Of a stretch of 64,000 bases of DNA, positions 1 through 12,837 are shown piece after piece. How positions within the stretch are numbered: the stretch's first letter is position 1; each line of letters opens with the position of its first letter. The stretch spans positions 8,558,001 through 8,622,000 of the forward strand of contig CM075995.1 of the NCBI GenBank assembly GCA_038087875.1, given 5' to 3'. The position numbers and the translations under genes were made by a program. The notes beneath the pieces are model-generated. The model saw only the letters and a program-made list of their open reading frames with translations. It was not told where the DNA came from and ran no database searches. This stretch comes from Malacoraja senta. Lineage: Eukaryota.

Positions 1-351
1 TGGCCTCGACTACCCTCTGTGGCAGAGAGTTCCAGAGATTCACCACTCTCTGTGTGAAAAAAGTTCTTCTCATCTCGGTTTTAAAGGATTTCCCCCTTAT
101 CCTTAAGCTGTGACCCCTTGTCCTGGACTTCCCCAACATCGGGAGCAATCTTCCTGCATCTAGCCTGTCCAACCCCTTAAGAATTTTGTAAGTTTCTATA
201 AGATCCCCTCTCAATCTCCTAAATTCTAGAGAGTATAAACCAAGTCTATCCAGTCTTTCTTCATAAGACAGTCCTGACATCCCAGGAATCAGTCTGGTGA
301 ACCTTCTCTGAACTCCCTCTATGGCAATAATGTCCTTCCTCAGATTTGGAC
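1..351 (-). mobile_element. CR1 LINE ORF2 3' fragment
   Basis: Very similar to 26158-26510 and to the CR1 fragment at about 3100-3440. Confidence 0.85.
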
Positions 352-509
352 TTTAGACATTCGAGATGCAGCGCGATTACAGGCCCTTGTCAGTTTAGTT
401 TATTGTCACGTGTAGCGGGGTACAGTGAGAAGCTGTTGTGGCGTGCTAACCAGACTGTGGCGCAAGCTGCCTGACAACGCTTGCAGTGCCAGAGACCCGG
501 GCGCGATCA

Positions 510-1195
510 ATCTTCTTCAGACTGAGAGTCAGGGGAAAGGGGAGGGAGAGATCGAGGCGGTACTTAAGAGAAACCAGTGGAAGACATGCAGAGAGCAACG
601 ATAATCAAGGAAATGTGGAGCCCACAATGCTCCATTGTTGGCTGTGGGACAGGTGATAACGAGTAGATGCAGATAGTGGAACTCAACCGGTCGACAGTGA
701 AACTAGTACGGCGACTGGGGTGGGGGAGGGACGGAGAGAGAGGGGCAGCAAGGGTTGCTTGAAGTTAGAGAAGTCAATGTTCGTACCGCTGGGGTGTAAA
801 CCGCCCGAGCGAAATATGGGAGACAAAATTGCTGGAGAAACTCAGCGGGCGAGGCGGCATCTATGGAACGGAGGAAATAGGCGACGTTTCGGGTCGAGAC
901 CCTTATGGAGCGAAGGAAATAGGCGATGTTTCGAGTCGAGACCCTTCTTCGAAGGGTCTCGCCCCGAAACGTCGCCTATTTCCTTTGCTCCATAGACGCC
1001 GCCTCACCCGCTGAGTTTCTCCAGCATTTTTGTCACGTTCGATTTTCCAGCATCTGCCGTTCCTTCTTAAACAAGCGAAATAAGAGGTGCTGTTCCTCCA
1101 TTTTGCGCTGGGCCTCAATCTGACAGCGGAGGAGGCCCTGGACAGAGAGGTCGGAGTGGGAATGGGAGGGGGAGTTAAAAGTGTTTGGCAACTGG
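510..1195 (-). mobile_element. Degenerate Penelope-like fragment with a nested fold-back terminal-repeat insertion (about 820-1072)
   Basis: Remnant HSDLSVQGLL...EAQRKMEEQHLLFRL resembles the C-terminus of ORF 18464-18790. It is interrupted by an inverted-repeat unit. Confidence 0.7.
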
Positions 1196-1814
1196 GACGA
1201 AAGATAGATCAGCCACGCTTGAATGGCGGAGTAGACTTGATGGGCCGAATGGCCTAATACTGCTCCTGCAGCTTGTGAATGATGAACTGAACTAGCGGTC
1301 ATTTCCGTTGTGTGCTTTCACTTGTTCACAAGCTGCAGGGGTAGAATCAGGCCATTCGGCCCATCGGGTCTACTCCACCATTCAATCACGGCTGATCTCT
1401 GCCTCCTAATCCCATTTTCCTGCCTTCTCCCCATAACCCTTGACGCCCGTTTTAATCAAGAATTTGTCTTTCTCTGCCTGAAAAATATCGCTCGTAGAGT
1501 TGCTGCCTTACAGCGAATGCCGCGCCGGAAACCCGGGTTCGATCCCGACTACGGGTGCTGTCTGTACGGAGTTTGTACGTTCTCCCCGTGACCTGCGTGG
1601 GTTTTCTCCAGGATCTCCAGTTTCCTCCCACACTCCAAAGACGTGCAGGATTGCAGGTTAATTGGCTCGGTGTAAATGTAAAAATTGTCCCTAGAGAGTG
1701 TAGGATAGTGTTAGTGTGCGGGGATCGCTGGTCAACACGGACCCGGTGGGCCGAAGGGCCTGTATCTCTAAACTAAACATCCACTGAGGTGTGTGTGTGT
1801 GTTTTGTTCCACAG

Positions 1815-2112
1815 TGCTGAAGGACAAGGGTTACACCAGCCTCCAGGAGGAGGCCATCAAGCTCTTCAACGCCCTGCAGCAGATGGAGTCGGTGGCCGAC
1901 CCCGTGCCCATTGTCCAGGGCGTGCTACAGACGGGCCAGGACCTGCGGCCGCTGCGCGACGAGCTGTACTGCCAGCTGATCAAACAGACGGCCAAGGCCC
2001 CGCACCCCGACAGCACGCAACACCTGCGCAACTGGCAGCTGCTCACCTGCATGTCCTGCACCTTCCTGCCCTGCCGCTCCATCCTTCGCTACCTCAAGTT
2101 CCACCTCAAGAG
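1815..2112 (+). CDS. MYO10: Myosin-X-like coding exon (MyTH4 domain), first visible exon
   Basis: Acceptor ttccacag|1815, donor 2112|gtacgg. Translates LKDKGYTSLQEEAIKLFNALQQMESVADPVPIVQGVLQTGQDLRPLRDELYCQLIKQT...LRYLKFHLKR, closely matching the vertebrate MYO10 MyTH4 domain. Confidence 0.95.
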
Positions 2113-2425
2113 GTACGGCCCCCTCACCCGCCGACGCCCACCCATCCTCGCCGCCTCACCGCGCCAGAGACCCGGGTTCCATCCCAACCACGGGCGCCGT
2201 CTGTACGGAGTTTGCACGTTCTCCCCGCGTGACCTGCGTGGGTTTTCTCCGGGTGCTCCGGTTTCCTCCCGCACTCCAAAGACGTGCGGGTTTGTAGGTT
2301 ACTTGGCTCGGTGTAAATGTAAATTGTCCCCAGTGTGCGTAGGATCGTGTTAACGTGCGGGGATTGCCGGTCGGCGCGGACTCGGTGGGCCGAAGGGCCT
2401 GTTTCCGCGCTGTATCTCTAAACTC

Positions 2426-2902
2426 GTGGCTTGGTTCGGCAACTTGAGCGCCCTGGAGAGGAAAAGACTACAAAGAGTAGTAAACACTGCCCAGTCCATC
2501 ATCGGCTCTGACCTCCCTTCCATCGAGGGGATCTATCACAGTCGCTGCCTCAAAAAGGCTGGCAGCATCATCAAGGACCCACACCATCCTGGCCACACAC
2601 TCATCTCCCCGCTACCTTCAGGTAGAAGGTACAGGAGCCTGAAGACTGCAACGACCAGGTTCAGGAATAGCTACTTCCCCACAGCCATCAGGCTATTAAA
2701 CCTGGCTCGGACATAACACTGAACACTAATAGCCCATTATCTGTTATTTGCACTTCTATCAGTTTATTTATTCATGTGTGTATATATTTATATAATGGTA
2801 TATGGACACACTGATCTGTTTTGTAGTCAATGCCTACTATGTTCTGTTGTGCTGAAGCAAAGCGAGAATGTCATTGTCCTATCAGGGACACATGACAATA
2901 AA
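2426..2902 (+). mobile_element. Rex1/Babar-type LINE 3' end (near-identical second copy at about 48388-48745)
   Basis: WFGNLSALERKRLQRVVNTAQSIIG...DPHHPGH...LPSGRRYRS...RFRNSYFPTAIRLLN is the typical Rex1 ORF end, followed by a 3' UTR with gacaataaa. Confidence 0.75.
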
Positions 2903-3525
2903 CATAGAAAACATAGATACATAGACAATAGGTGCAGGAGTAGGCCATTCGGCCCTTCGAGCCTGCACCGCCATTCAATATGATCATGGCTGATCATCCA
3001 ACTCAGTATCCCGTACCTGCCTTCTCTCCATACCCCCTGATCCCTTTAGCCACAAGGGCCACATCTAACTCCCTCTTAAATATAGCCAATGAACTGGCCT
3101 CAACTACCTTCTGTGGCAGAGAATTCCACAGATTCACCACTCTCTGTGTGAAAAAGTTTTCCTCATCTCGGTCTTAAAGGATTTCCCCCTTATCCTTAAG
3201 CTGTGACCCATTGTCCTGGACTTCCCCAACATCGGGAACAATCTTCCTGCATCTAGCCTGTCCAACCCCATAAGAATTTTGTACGTTTCTATAAGATCCC
3301 CTCTCAATCTCCTAAATTCTAGCGAGTATAAGCCAAGTCTATCCAGTCTTTCTTCATATGAAAGTCCTGACATCCCAGGAATCAGTCTGGTGAACCTTCT
3401 CTGCACTCCCTCTATGGCTATAATGTCCTTCCTCAGATTAGGAGACCAAAACTGTACGCAATACTCCAGGTGTGGTCTCACCAAGACCCAGTACAACTGC
3501 AGTAGGACCTCCCTGCTCCTATACT
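2903..3525 (-). mobile_element. CR1 LINE 3' end
   Basis: [15 protein letters not shown]...RRLRGDLIETYKI motif and a short tandem-repeat tail. Confidence 0.9.
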
Positions 3526-4282
3526 CTCTTGAACTTGAACTGAACTAAATCTGAGTGGATGAGGGGCGATCTTATAGAGCTGTACAAGGTCATGAGAGGA
3601 ATAGATCGGGTAGACGTGCAGAGTCACAAGTTCACAAGTTATAGAAGTAGAATTAGGCCATTCGGCCCATCGAGTTAGCCCTCGGAGCTAAATCTCTCTC
3701 TTAAAAGCATCAAGTGAATTGGCCTCCACTGCCTTCTGTGGCAGAAAATTCCACAGATTCACAACTCTATGGGTGAAAAGGTTTTTCCTCATCACAGCCC
3801 TAAATGAAATGGCCTTCCCATTATTCTTAAACTGTGACCCCTGGATCTGGACTCCCCCAACACGGGAATTTTTTTTCTGCATCTAGCCTGTCCAATCCTT
3901 TAAGAATTGTATATGTTTCTATAAGATCCCCCCTCTCTTGTTTTTAGGTTGAATAGGAATCTGAAGGGTAACTTTTTCCACACAAAGGGTGGTGGGTGTA
4001 TGGAACGAGCTGCCGGAGGAGGTAGTTGAGGCTGGGACTATCCCATCGTTTAAGAAACAGTTAGACAGGTACATGGATCAGACAGGTTTGGAGGGATATG
4101 GACCAAGAGCAGGCAGGTGGGACTAGTGTAGCTGGGACATGTTGGCTGGTGTGGGCAAGATGGGCCGAAGGGCCTGTTTCCACTCTGTGACTCTATTCCA
4201 AAGATGCACAGATTTGTAGGTGAATTGGCTTGGCATAATTGTAAATTGTCCCTAGTGTGTGTAGGATAGTGTTAATGTGTGT

Positions 4283-4837
4283 TAGTGTCGCCAATGTTCT
4301 CACTCCCAAATAGGGACAAAAGGTCAAAATACGGGACAAATTCCCCACGGCAATTCGTTGAGCGACTCGGCCGTGGCTGGGTGGGTGATGAGTTGGCCCC
4401 GGGTGCTGGACTACACACAAAGCCCAGCCGGCAGGCCCAGCTGAGGAGATTTGGCCCGGGGGCCGCGTGACATCGCTCCCACAAAGTCCTGCGCCGCGTC
4501 CAACTCATGAACCGATGATCGGCCGTGAGAAGGAGGTGGTGGTGGTTGTGTCGGCGGTAAGCGAAGGTCCGAAGGTCGGACAGCTGGCCGGGCTGCCGAC
4601 CGACCGACCGACGGGGCCACGGGCGAGGTGCTGCTGCTGCTGCTGCTGCTGCACTCCACGGGCTGCACTACGTCGGGGACGGGTGAGGCGGGGCCAGACA
4701 CGGCGCTCCGACCCGACAGTCCCCTCGACCCGAGTAGTAGCGGTCAAATACGGGACAAGGGCGGTCCCGTACGGGACAAACCAATTGAGCCCAATATACG
4801 GGATGTCCCGGCTAATACGGGCCAGTTGGCAACACTA
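4283..4837. mobile_element. Non-autonomous hAT-like DNA transposon inserted in a SINE
   Basis: Termini TAGTGTCGCCAA / TTGGCAACACTA, with repeated subterminal (A)ATACGGGACA motifs. Second copy at 35965-36511. Confidence 0.65.
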
Positions 4838-5136
4838 GTGTGCGGGGGATCACTAGTCGGTGCGGGCAAGATGGGCCGAAGGGCCTGTTTCCTCGCTGTA
4901 TCCAGAAACTAAACAAAAGTGCTGGAGAAACTCAGCGGGTGCAGCAGCATCTATGGAGCGAAGGAAATAGGCGACGTCTCGGGGCCGAAACGTTGCCTAT
5001 TTCCTTCGCTCCATAGATGCTGCCGCACCCGCTGAGTTTCTCCAGCACTTTTGTCTCCCTTCGATTTTCAGCATCTGCAGTTCCTTCTTAAACACTAAAC
5101 GTTTCATTGGCCGTTGCCATTTGCTTCACTATCCAG

Positions 5137-5341
5137 GATACGAGACCAATTTCCCGGTGAGGTTGAAAAATACGCAACGTTCATATACGAATCTCTGAAG
5201 AAAACCAAGACGAGAGAGTACGTGCCATCTCGGGAAGAAATAGTGGCCTTGATCAACATGCAAGAGATGACCACCACGGTGTATTGCCACGGGGGAGGCT
5301 CCTGTAAGATCACTATTAACTCCCACACCACAGCCGGCGAG
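5137..5341 (+). CDS. MYO10: Myosin-X-like coding exon (end of MyTH4, start of FERM)
   Basis: atccag|5137 and 5341|gtaagg. IRDQFPGEVEKYATFIYESLKKTKTREYVPSREEI...VYCHGGGSCKITINSHTTAGE. Phase fits the previous exon (AG|G = Arg). Confidence 0.95.
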
Positions 5342-5460
5342 GTAAGGACATCGTGCGGGCAGGCTTGGCACCTTCACCTTGCTCTGCTCTCTCCTGGAAC
5401 ACACTGAAATGTCGACCAGCCCTAGCTGTTAAATTAGTAGAGTGGGCAAAAAGGTCGCCG

Positions 5461-6289
5461 AGTGCTGGAGTAACTCGGCGGGTCAGGCAGCATCTGTGGA
5501 GAACATGGATAGGTGACGTTTCACAGAGTGCTGGAGTAACTCAGCGGGTCAGGCAGCATCTGTGGAGAACATGGATAGGTGACGTTTCACAGAGTGCTGG
5601 AGTAACTCAGCGGGTCAGGCAGCATCTGTGGAGCGAAGGAAATGGGCAAACTTTCGGGCCGAAACCCTGAAGGAAATAGGCAACGTTTCGGGCCGAAACC
5701 CGGAAGGGTTTCGGGCCGAAACGTTGCCTATTTCCTTCGCTCCATAGATGCTGCCGGAACATGGATAGGTGACGTTTCACAGAGTGCTGGAGTAACTCAG
5801 CGGGTCAGGCAGCATCTGTGGAGAACATGGATAGGTGACGTTTCACAGAGTGCTGGAGTAACTCAGCAGGTCAGGCAGCATCTGTGGAGAACATGGATAG
5901 GTGACGTTTCACAGAGTGCTGGAGTAACTCAGCGGGTCAGGCAGCATCTGTGGAGAACATGGATAGGTGACGTTTCACAGAGTGCTGGAGTAACTCAGCG
6001 GGTCAGGCAGCATCCGTGGAGAACATGGATAGGTGACGTTTCACAGAGTGCTGGAGTAACTCAGCGGGTCAGGCGGCATCCGTGGAGAACATGGATAGGT
6101 GACGTTTCACAGAGTGCTGGAGTAACTCAGCGGGTCAGGCAGCATCTGTGGAGAACATGGATAGGTGACGTTTCACAGAGTGCTGGAGTAACTCAGCGGG
6201 TCAGGCAGCATCTGTGGAGAACATGGATAGGTGACGTTTCACAGAGTGCTGGAGTAACTCAGCGGGTCAGGCAGCATCTGTGGAGAACA
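5461..6289 (+). repeat. 66-bp tandem array (about 11 units) with embedded palindromic cassette
   Basis: Unit cacagagtgctggagtaactcagcgggtcaggcagcatctgtggagaacatggataggtgacgttt; cassette at about 5632-5756. Confidence 0.95.
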
Positions 6290-6688
6290 AAATAAATATC
6301 TCGTTCCAACGTAAAATAAAAGTCTTTATGGTAAACGTGTAATTTACTAAATAATACTTTTGGGGAAAACAGCACGTTGGGTAGCGGTGGAGTTGCTGCC
6401 TTACAGCACCAGAGACCTGACTACGGGTGCTGTCTGTACGGAGTTTGTACGTTCTCCCCGTGACCTGCGTGGGTTTTCTTTGAGATCTTCGCTTTGCTAC
6501 CACGCTCGAAAGACGTGCAGGTTTTTTGGCTTGGTATAAATGGTAAATTGTCCCTAGTGTGTGTGTGTGTAGGATAGTGTTAGTGTGAGGGGGATCGCTG
6601 GTCGGTGCAGACTCGGTGGGCCGAAGGGCCTGTTTCCGCGTTGTATCCTGACACTAAACTAAAGTGAGACTGTTTTTGTTTCTTCCAG

Positions 6689-6825
6689 GTTGTTGAGAAG
6701 CTGATGCGTGGGTTAGGCATGGAGTACAGCAGAAATATGTTTGCCCTCTTCGAACACAAGGGCTCGACGGACAAAGCAATTGAAAGCAGAACCGTTGTGG
6801 TCGATATTTTGGCAAAGTTTGAAAA
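6689..6825 (+). CDS. MYO10: Myosin-X-like coding exon (FERM F1)
   Basis: tcttccag|6689 and 6825|gtaagt. VVEKLMRGLGMEYSRNMFALFEHKGSTDKAIESRTVVVDILAKFEK. Not listed in the ORF track. Confidence 0.95.
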
Positions 6826-6844
6826 GTAAGTATCCCTCTCCAAT

Positions 6845-7582
6845 CAATAGACAATAGGTACAGGAGTAGGCCATTCGGCAATTCGAGCCAGCACCGCCAT
6901 TCAATGTGATCATGGTTGATCATGCCCCAATCAGTACCCCGTTCCTGCCTTCTCCCCGATATCCCCTGACTCCGCTAGTTTTAAGCCCTATCTAGCTCTC
7001 TCTTGAAAGCATCCAGAGAACCTGCCTCCACCGCCCTCTGAGGCAGAGAATTCCACAGACTCACCACTCGGTGTGAAAAAGTGTTTCCTCGTCTCCGTTC
7101 TAAATGGCTTACTCCTTATTCTTAAACTGTGTGGCCCCTGGTTCTGGACTCCCCCAACATCGGGAACATGTTTCCTGCTTCTAGCGTGTCCAAGCCCTTA
7201 ACAATCTTATATGTTTCAATGAGATCCCCTCTCATCCTTCTAAACTCCAGAGTGTACAAGCCCAGCTGCTCCATTCTCTCAGCATATGACAGTCCCGCCA
7301 TCCCGGGAATTAACCTTGTAAACCTACGCTGCACTCTCTTAATAGCAAAAATGTCCTTCCTCAAATTAGGGGACCAAAACTGAACACAATACTCCAGGCG
7401 TGGTCTCACTAGGGCTCTGTACTATAGTAGAAGGGCCTCTTTGCTCCTATATTCGATTCCTCTTGTTATAAAGGCCAACATGCCATTCGCTTTCTTCACT
7501 GCCTGCTGTACCTGCATGCTTACTTTCATAGACTGATGAACAAGGACCCCCAGATCCCGTTGTACTTCCCCTTTTCCCAACT
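6845..7582 (-). mobile_element. CR1 LINE 3' fragment
   Basis: [18 protein letters not shown]...RRMRGDLIETYKI, with a ctattgt-type tail. Confidence 0.9.
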
Positions 7583-7829
7583 GTTGGGACGTGTAGGTGA
7601 ATAGTCCCGTAAATAGTCCCTAGTCATAGAGTGATACAGCGCGGGAACAGGCCCTCCTGCCCAACTTGCCCACACCGCCCAACATGTCCCATCTACACTA
7701 GTCCCGCCTGCCTGCTTGGCCCATTTCCCTCCAAACCTGTCGTGTCCTTGTACCTGTGGTATAGATGGGGCACCTTGGTCAGCATAGACCGCTTGGCCTG
7801 AAGGGCTTATTTCTCGGTTTAGTTTAGAA

Positions 7830-7963
7830 CAGGGGTGTCAAACTCATCTCAGGTCACGGGCAAAATGCGACTTCATGGCGCGCCGGATCGCGTGGTGCAT
7901 GCGTAAACGCAGCCCGATCGGGCACCGGGGACAGCTGCAGCCCACTCATGTTTGACACCCGTG
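7830..7963. mobile_element. 134-bp hAT (Charlie-like) MITE
   Basis: TIRs CAGGGGTGTCAAAC / GTTTGACACCCGTG, flanked by a perfect 8-bp TSD GTTTAGAA (7822-7829 and 7964-7971). Confidence 0.85.
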
Positions 7964-8609
7964 GTTTAGAAGTACAGCACAGTAACAGGCCCGCCCCGCC
8001 GTTCCCACGCCGACCGGCGATCGCCCGTCCAGACTAGTTCCGTGTCACCCCACTTTCTCATCCGCCATATACTGTGGAAAATTCACAGAAGCCAATTAAC
8101 CCACAAACCCGCACGTCTTTGGAGTGCGGGAGGAAAACGGAGCGCCCGGAGAAAACCCACGCGGGTCACGGGGAGAAGGTACAAACTCCTTACAGACGGC
8201 ACCCGTAGTCGGGATCGAACCCGGGTCTCTGGCGCTGTGAGGCAGCAACTCTACCGCTGCGCCACCGTGCCGACCTTATGATCCTCCTTCCAGCTGTTTG
8301 CAGCTGATCTATGGAAAGGAAGTGCCTTCCCACCATTCCCGGGCACCTAATGTCATAATGGATAGGAGCAGAATTAGGCCATTTGGCCCATCAAGTCTAC
8401 TCCGCCATTCAATCATGGCTGATCTATCTCTCCCTCCTGCCTTCTCCCCATAACCCCCCGACACCCGTACTAATCGAGAACCTACCTCTCTCTGCCTTAA
8501 ATATATCCGCTGACTTGTGGCCTCCACAGCCGTCTGTGGCAAAGAATCCCACAGATTCACCACCCTGTGGCCCGTTGAATAATGCCGCTCATTTCCCTCC
8601 CACGTCCAG

Positions 8610-8721
8610 GGCGGCCGCCGCTTCGGGAGATTCGTGGGCGTTCTACTTCAAACTCTACTGCTTCCTTGACAAGGAAAACGTACCGAAAGACAGCGTGGAA
8701 TTTGCCTTCATGTTTGAACAG
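8610..8721 (+). CDS. MYO10: Myosin-X-like coding exon (FERM)
   Basis: cgtccag|8610 and 8721|gtaatt. AAAASGDSWAFYFKLYCFLDKENVPKDSVEFAFMFEQ. Phase continues AA|G (Lys). Confidence 0.95.
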
Positions 8722-10847
8722 GTAATTCCACGAGAAGCCTTGGGCACTAGACGTCGCTCAGTGGTAGAGGACATGCTTGGCCCCAGCTTGACATAGAAAC
8801 ATAGACAATAGTCACACATTTATTTATTTTTTGTGCAGGAGTAGGCCATTCGGAATCCAGTCGGAATAGGTGCAGGAGTAGGCCATTTGGCCCCTCGAGC
8901 CAGCACCGCCATTCAATATGATCATGGCCGATCATCCCCAATCAGTACCCAGTTCCTGCTTTCTCCTCATATTCCTTGATTCCTTAGATTTAGCCCTCAG
9001 AGCTAAATCTAACTCTCTCTTAAAAACATCCAGTGAATCGGCCTCCACTGCCTTCTGTGGCGGAGAATTCCACAGATTCACAACTCTCTGGGTGAAAAGG
9101 TTTTTCCTCATCTCAGTCTAAATGGCCGACCCCTTGTTCTTAAACTGTGTGACCCCTGGGTTCTGGACTCCCCCCAACATGGGGAACATTGTCTCTCCAA
9201 TCCCTTAATAATTTGATACGTTTCAATAAGATCCCCTCTCATCCTTAATCTTGGGTTCAATCACCCAGCATTTCCACTCTTCCAGGCTCAGGGGGGAGTC
9301 CAGTTCAGTGTAGTCTATTGTCACCTGTACCGAGGTACAGTGGAAAGCTTTTTGTCGCGTGCTATCCAGTCAGCGGGAAGACAATGATTACAATCGAGCC
9401 GTCCACACTGTACAGGATAAAGGGAATAAGGTTTAGAGCAAGATAAAGTGTAGTCATTCAATAGACAATAGACAATAGGTGCAGGAGTAGGCCATTCGGC
9501 CCTTCGAGCCAGCACCGCCATTCAATGTGATCATGGCTGATCATCCCCAATCAGTACCCCGTTCCTGCCTTCTCCCCATATCCCCTGACTCCGCTATTTT
9601 TAAGAGCCCTATCTAGCTCTCTCTTGAAAGCATAGAAACATAGAAACATAGAAAATGGGTGCAGGAGGAGGCCATTCGGCCCTTCGAGCCAGCACCGCCA
9701 TTCATTGTGATCATGGCTGATCGTCCCCAAATCAATAACCCGTGCCTGCCTTCTCCCCATATCCCTTGTCTCCACTAGCCCCTAGAGCTCCATCTAACTC
9801 TCTCTTAAATCCATCCAGTGACTTGGCCTCCACTGCCCTCTGTGGCAGGGAATTCCTTAAATTCACAACTCTCTGGGTGAAAAAGTTTTTTCTCACCTCA
9901 GTCTTAAATGACCTCCCCTTGAAAGCATCCAGAGAACCTGCCTCCACCGCCCTCTGAGGCAGAGAATTCCACAGACCCACCACTCTCCTGTGAGAAAAAG
10001 TGTTTCCCTCGTCTCCGTTCCAAATGGCTTGCCCCTTATTCTTAAACTGTGGCCCCTGGTTCTGGACTCCCCCCAACATCGGGAACATGTTTCCTGCCTC
10101 TAGCGTGTCCAAACCCTTAATAATCTTATATGTTTCAATGAGATACCCTCTCATCCTTCTGAACTCCAGAGTCTACAAGCCCAGCTGCTCCATTCTCTCA
10201 GCATATGACAGAGGGGGAAATGTTATACACAGAGGGTGGTGGGTGCCTGGAACGCACTGCCAGGGGTGGTGGTGGAGGCAGATACGATAGTGGTGTTTAA
10301 GAGACGTATAGATAGGCGCGTGGAGGTGCTGAGAATCGAGGGATACGGATCACGAGCAGGCAGAGGAGATCAGTTTAACCTGGCATCATGTTCGGCACAG
10401 ACATGGTGGGGCCGAAGGGCCTGTCCCCGTGCTGTACTGTGCTATGCTCTATGTCACAGGGAGAAGGCAGGAACATGGGGTTGAGAGGGGACGTTTCACA
10501 CAGCTCGTTCCATACACCCACCACCCTTTGTGTGGAAAAAGTTACCCCTCAGATTCCTCGCAAATCTTTTCCCCTTCACCTTAAACCTGTGTCCTCCGGT
10601 CCTCGATTCCCCCTACTCTGGGCAAGAGGCTCTGTGCATCTACCCGATCTATTCCTCTCATGATTTTGTACACCTCTGTAAGATCACCCCCTCATCCTCC
10701 TGCGCTCCATGGAATAGAGACCCAGCCTGCTCAACCTCTCCCTGTACCTCAGGCCCCTCTAGTCCTGGCAACATCCTCGTAAATATCTGTAGACGGACAC
10801 AAAATGCTGGAGTAAATCAGTGGTACAGGCGAGATGGAATGGGTGAT

Positions 10848-11417
10848 GTTACTCCAGCACTCTGTGAAACGTCACCTATCCATGTTCTCCACAGATGCTG
10901 CCTGACCCGCTGAGTTACTCCAGCACTGTGTGAAACGTCACCTATCCATGTTCTCCACAGATGCTGCCTGACCCGCTGAGTTACTCCAGCACTCTGTGAA
11001 ACGTCACCTATCCATGTTCTCCACAGATGCTGCCTGACCCGCTGAGTTACTCCAGCACTCTGTGAAACGTCACCTATCCATGTTCCGGCAGCATCTATGG
11101 AGCGAAGGAAATAGGCAACGTTTCGGCCCGAAACCCTTCCGGGTTTCGGCCCGAAACATTGCCTATTTCCTTCAGGGTTTCGGCCCGAAAGGTTGCCCAT
11201 TTCCTTCGCTCCACAGATGCTGCCTGACCCACCCGCTGAGTTACTCCAGCACTCTGTGAAACGTCACCTATCCATGTTCCCCACAGATGCTGCCTGACCC
11301 GCTGAGTTACTCCAGCACTCTGTGAAACGTCACCTATCCACGTTCCCCACAGATGCTGCCTGACCCGCTGAGTTACTCCAGCACTGTGTGAAATGTCACC
11401 TATCCATGTTCTCCACA
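10848..11417 (-). repeat. 66-bp tandem array with the same palindromic cassette
   Basis: Reverse complement of the 5461-6289 unit; cassette at about 11084-11220. Ends about 80 bp before a MYO10 acceptor. Confidence 0.95.
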
Positions 11418-11498
11418 TCTTTCCAGCTGTGACAACATCTCTCTGGCCCCCACACTGACGTGTTGCTGTGTGTGTGTGTGTGTGTGTTTTGATTGCAG

Positions 11499-11954
11499 GC
11501 TCACGAGGCGGTTATCCGCGGGCACTACCCAGCCCCCGAGGAGAGCCTGCAGTACCTGGCCGCGCTGAGGCTCCAGTTCCTGCAGGGGGACCACTCGCCG
11601 GAGGCGGCGCTGCCCGAGATGGACGCCGTGTTCCCGACGGAGCGGGTGAAGGCCCGGATCAGCCAGTCCACCAGGACCTTCTCCCCCTCCGGCGACCGGG
11701 GCGAGCGGAAGCGCGCCAGCTTCCTGGAGGGCACGCTGAGGCGCAGCTTCCGGGCCGCTTCCCTCGGCCGCTCCCGGTCGGAGGACGAGCAGATGCTGGA
11801 GATGTGGGTGAAGGAGGAGGTCTCCTCGGCCAAGGCCAACATGGTGGACAAGTGGATGAAGATGCAGGGAATGAACCAAGGGCAGGCCATGGCCAAGTAC
11901 ATGGCCCTCGTCAGAGAGTGGCCCGGGTACGGCTCCACCCTGTTTGATGTGGAG
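11499..11954 (+). CDS. MYO10: Myosin-X-like coding exon (FERM F2 with insert)
   Basis: gattgcag|11499 and 11954|gtgaat, 152 codons. AHEAVIRGHYPAPEESLQYLAALRLQFLQGD...SFLEGTLRRSFR...AMAKYMALVREWPGYGSTLFDVE. Confidence 0.96.
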
Positions 11955-12011
11955 GTGAATATCGACAAGTTCGCGCCATTCTCGCTCGGAGATACAGCGC
12001 GGAAATTGGCC

Positions 12012-12247
12012 CTTTTTTCTTCTTTTTTTTTAAATTCTTTTTTTATACATATCATAACCAAAACACAATTTGATTATCAATTGACAAATTAACACAGCTT
12101 CTATTTATTATTTTTTTTTAATAGATTTTGAGAGATAGAGCGATAGAAAGAAAAGAGAGAGAAAAAATAAAAAATAAAAAATAAATGACCAATAACATAA
12201 TTTTGGTGGTAGGTCCGTAGATTATAAAGTGTATAAAAACTGCCCCC
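12012..12247 (-). mobile_element. Possible 5'-truncated L1/Tx1-like LINE 3' end
   Basis: On minus: a short frame GQFLYTL-stop, a T-rich UTR, then an A-rich tail. No TSD identified. Confidence 0.35.
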
Positions 12248-12604
12248 TTATAACGTCACGTGTACCGAGGTACAGTGAAAAGCTAACCAGTAAGAATAAG
12301 GAGTAAGCCATTTAGAACGGAGACGAGGAAACACTTTTTCTCACATAGAGTGGTGAGTCTGTGGAATTCTCTGCCTCAGAGGGCGGTGGAGGCCGGTTCT
12401 CTGGATGCTTTCAAGAGAGAGCTGGATAGGGCTCTTAAAGATAGCGGAGTCAGGGGGATATGGGGAGAAGGCAGGAACGGGGTACTGATTTGGGGATGAT
12501 CAGCCATGATCACATTGAATGGCGGTGCTGGCTCGAAGGGCCGAATGGCCTACTCCTGCACCGATTGTTTATTGTCAGTGGAAAGACAACACATGATTAC
12601 AATC

Positions 12605-12782
12605 GGGTGCGGCAGCATCTATGGAGCGAAGGAAATAGGCAACGTTTCGGGTCGAGACCAAAGGGTCTCGACCTGAAACGTTGCCTATTTCCTTCGCTCC
12701 ATAGATGCTGCCTCACCCGCTGAGTTTCTCCAGCATTTTTGTCTACCTTCGATTTTCCAGCATCTGCAGTTCCTTCTTGAAG
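12605..12782. mobile_element. 178-bp fold-back insertion made only of Penelope terminal repeat
   Basis: Inverted arms centred at about 12661; 12-bp TSD ATGATTACAATC at 12593-12604 and 12783-12794. Confidence 0.8.
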
Positions 12783-12837
12783 ATGATTACAATCTAGCCG
12801 TTTACAGTCTCCAGATACATGATAAGGGAATACCATT

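Noticed and set aside
5461..6289. 66-bp arrays as a CRISPR array or as a repeat protein (ORF 5642-6295, TWIGDVSQSAGVTQRVRQHLWR repeats)
   Set aside because: Units are identical head-to-tail with no unique spacers and no cas genes, in a vertebrate intron. The ORF exists only because 66 is divisible by 3 and one frame lacks stops.
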